A DNA stretch of 64,000 nucleotides from Eledone cirrhosa. Taxonomy: Eukaryota. Below are positions 59,568-64,000 of the stretch, piece by piece (the first letter of the stretch is position 1; each line of letters begins with the position of its first letter). The stretch is taken from contig OZ024743.1 of NCBI GenBank assembly GCA_964016885.1, forward strand, positions 302,870,001-302,934,000. The letters run 5' to 3'. Position numbers and translations under genes: made by a program. The notes beneath the pieces are model-generated. The model did not search any database. It saw only the letters and a program-made list of their open reading frames with translations, and was not told the origin of the DNA.

Positions 59568-60480
59568 CCATAGATAGATAGATAGTGAGAGAGAGAGAGT
59601 GATAAATTGAGAGTGAGAGGGAGGAACGAGAAAGAGAGTGAGATAGCGAGAGAGAGAGGAAGTGAATTGCCTTGTGCTTAATTATTGTTTAAAACGAAGT
59701 TGAGCTCTATTTTCATCATAAGCCTGCTCGATGAAATATGCCTAGCGGTAAACAATATTAAGAGCAGGAAAGGATGTACTTATATACATTGGCAAGTTTG
59801 TTGTAAACTTTAATATGATAGAAAATAACGATCTCATTTAGCAAAACCGTAGTAGACGATGATGTTGCTTATACCAGACAAATATTTGATGTATTTAATA
59901 ACAACGATGAATAATTATATTACAGTAAATTACACTATATTGCTGACGTTTAAAAAGTAGGCATGACACTGGTGTCTACTCTTTGCTAGAATTTTCCACA
60001 AGGGAGACATTGGACTGAAAACATTTTATCAATTTCATGATTTATGTGTGCTATAAACGATATATCATTCATTGCAATGAAGGCACAGTTGAATCATTTT
60101 ATAATAAATAATTCAAACTTCGATTTACCGAATCCCCAACTATCACCTAAAACTGTTCATAGCGATACAGTTTTGACGTTCCTGTAACAAATGTCATATC
60201 TACCAGCATAAAAGATGAGTTACCTTTGAATTATGCCACCAGTGTCATGCTTAAAAACGTCTAGCTGAGCCATTGTACTGATAAAGAATAACCGTTTTTT
60301 TTACTATTTATAATTCTGAACTTAAGAACATATATACATATATGTGTGTCTCTGTGTGTGTGTGTATGTGTGTGTACGCGTATCGGTATGTATGAGCGTG
60401 TGCGAGGGCGTGTGCACGTGCGTGTGTATGTACGTGCGTGTGTGTATGTGTATGTGTGGGGTGCACGTATATATATATGC

Positions 60481-60511
<31 letters not shown>

Positions 60512-60524
60512 TATGTATATATTA

Positions 60525-61986
<1,462 letters not shown>

Positions 61987-61987
61987 A

Positions 61988-62572
61988 TTAAAATAATAGA
62001 TTAAAGTTTAACAAAGAATCGCTGCTTTCACCATTAACGGGATCTTCTGAAACTAACAAAGTCAATCTGTGAACGCAGAAGTGAATATTTCCAAAAAACG
62101 TTGCAACCGGAGAAAGACAGGAAGACGAGACTTTGGTTCGTGGTGGAAGCGTTCCCTGGCAAAGAACGGGAAAACACGAATATAATTGTTTCTCCTTTAG
62201 GCACCAGGCCAGCAATTACCCAGTACATTACTGGTACTTTATTTTATCGACCCCGTAAGGATGAAAGGAAAAAACGAATATAATACGTCATTATTTGGAG
62301 CGGTTAAAATGTTTTCCCGTTCTTTGCCAGGGAACCACGAACCAAAGTATCGTCTTCCTGTCTTCCTCCGGTTGCAACGTTTTTTGAAATAGTCACTTCT
62401 GAGTTCACAGATTGACTCTGTTAGCTTCAGAAGATCCCGGTAAGGGTGAAAGCAGCGATTCTTCACTTAAACTTTAATCTGTTATTTTAATAAATGTTTG
62501 CTCTGCGGTTCTTATATATTTGATATATAGTTATCCTTATCGAGCCCTCTTTGGATTTTAGTCTTCAAATTA
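61988..62572. repeat. Head-to-head inverted pair of PLE-B-family pLTRs, with a SINE 3' fragment (62184-62248) in the left arm
   Basis: 61988-62180 = revcomp of 62310-62490; homologous to 13455-13730. Confidence 0.85.
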
Positions 62573-62793
62573 TATATATATATATATATGTATATATATA
62601 CATTTAGGTTTGTTGGCTCACCACTGGATAGAACTGGTCATTCCGTATAGTCAACCTTGATGTCATATTAGGGAGAGCACTCGACGTAATGCAACTCACC
62701 CGTCTTCGTTTGTGTCGTTGGTGGTGCGAGTACGGAGTTAATTATTATAAAATAACAGAAGGCTGGACTGGTCTAATTTTTTAAAGTTATATT

Positions 62794-62851
62794 ATACTAT
62801 GAACATTTCAATGACCGGGTTCAGTATTAATCCGGTGACATCATCAGGTAT
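62794..62851 (-). ncRNA. Type I hammerhead ribozyme in family R4 copy (62602-62960)
   Basis: Revcomp atac CTGATGA tgtcaccgg-loop-ccggtcatt GAAA tgttca TA gtat. Confidence 0.7.
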
Positions 62852-64000
62852 TCGAAATGTAACAAAGGAATATAATACACACAATCCATGGGGCTAAAAA
62901 GGCAGAGGGACAGGAAGGCGGCCAAACATTTTGCAGTTTCTAGTCCGGTCGGACGCCTTCATATATATACTTTATATATATATTTGAAACCCGAATCAGA
63001 AATATAGCTCGTTACGTAAATGCCATTTATTTTATGCATTCTATCAGGAAAGCGTGGCCTTAAACCCAAATAATCTTAACAGTTGGAACTCAGCTATTAA
63101 TCACCATGAAAATCATATAATATTCACAATCTCACGTGCATCACATATACCTGAATTCCGTTACAAACCAAATCATTCAGAGCCAAAATTTATTTACCGA
63201 TTCCTAATGTTTGTTAATTCTCTCGGTGGAAAAATGCATCCATATCAATTTCGTGATGCAGCAACACATAGAAATATCCAAGATAGTTTCCAATCAAAGG
63301 ACATATGAATGGTTGACACAGAATCGTTTGACTATCTTCCCTTAAAGTTTCTCTCGCCCAAGTATTGTCTCCACTCTCTTGCTGTTAAAACTGCTGGATA
63401 GACATTTGCACTGCAGCTTTGGATATTATTATGTTGTCTCATCTCAATCATCCCAAACACATACTGTGTTACGGCTCAAGCTTTCTGCCCGTACGTTTCT
63501 TCCGAACGTTTCAGTCCTTTGGCTTCATTTTAGCATAATTTCATTCGTGTGTGTTTTCTATGAACAATACAAAATAATTGTCCATCACTTGTTGTAACAC
63601 ATCAATTTCAACGGTATCTGGATTACTTCAAAGTTGTTGAGTAGAGCTCATTCTTCTAATTGAATCAAGTGATTCTCTATTTTTAATATGATACTCACGT
63701 AAGAATATGGCGGTAATGCGGTTTTTGGTTAAAGTTCACTCTGCACAAAATTCAACATCCGATCGTTTTGGTCAGACTGTTTACATTCCTAACATTTTTA
63801 ATGAGCGTCAATATTGCAAGCAAACTGAGGAGAGATCAAATGCGAGCTTAATTTAGATTATTTTTTGTGTTATATCTCAAAACCTGGAACACACTACCCG
63901 TACTGTTTAAAGTTTCCAATTCCAATAGCGTAGCTTATATTGATTTAAGTAGCACCATATCAGTTAGATAAGATGGAATCCGCGACGTCAAAACATGTGA

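Overview
AT-rich eukaryotic (animal) genomic DNA. The repeat content resembles octopod cephalopods (inference). It is almost entirely transposable elements separated by (TA)n/(CA)n/(GA)n microsatellites, and no intact host gene is supportable. The dominant component is Penelope-like retroelements (PLEs: RT + GIY-YIG endonuclease), about 8 decayed copies from at least 3 lineages, most with direct and/or inverted pseudo-LTRs (pLTRs). Also present are L1/Tx1 and RTE LINE fragments, a tRNA-derived SINE (8 copies), a complete non-autonomous Helitron nested in a PLE, and several foldback/MITE elements. The most striking unannotated signal is about 20 hammerhead-ribozyme (HHR) motifs read by eye. Some lie in PLE pLTRs, but many lie in ORF-less 365-712 bp units arranged as partial head-to-tail tandems plus an inverted copy. 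These look like several families of non-autonomous, ribozyme-processed retroelements (retrozyme-like), often with a long stem-II insertion. One 531-bp tandem unit carries hammerhead parts in a non-circularly permuted (pseudoknot-requiring) order. Boundaries were read by eye and are approximate unless stated; no folding or database search was run.
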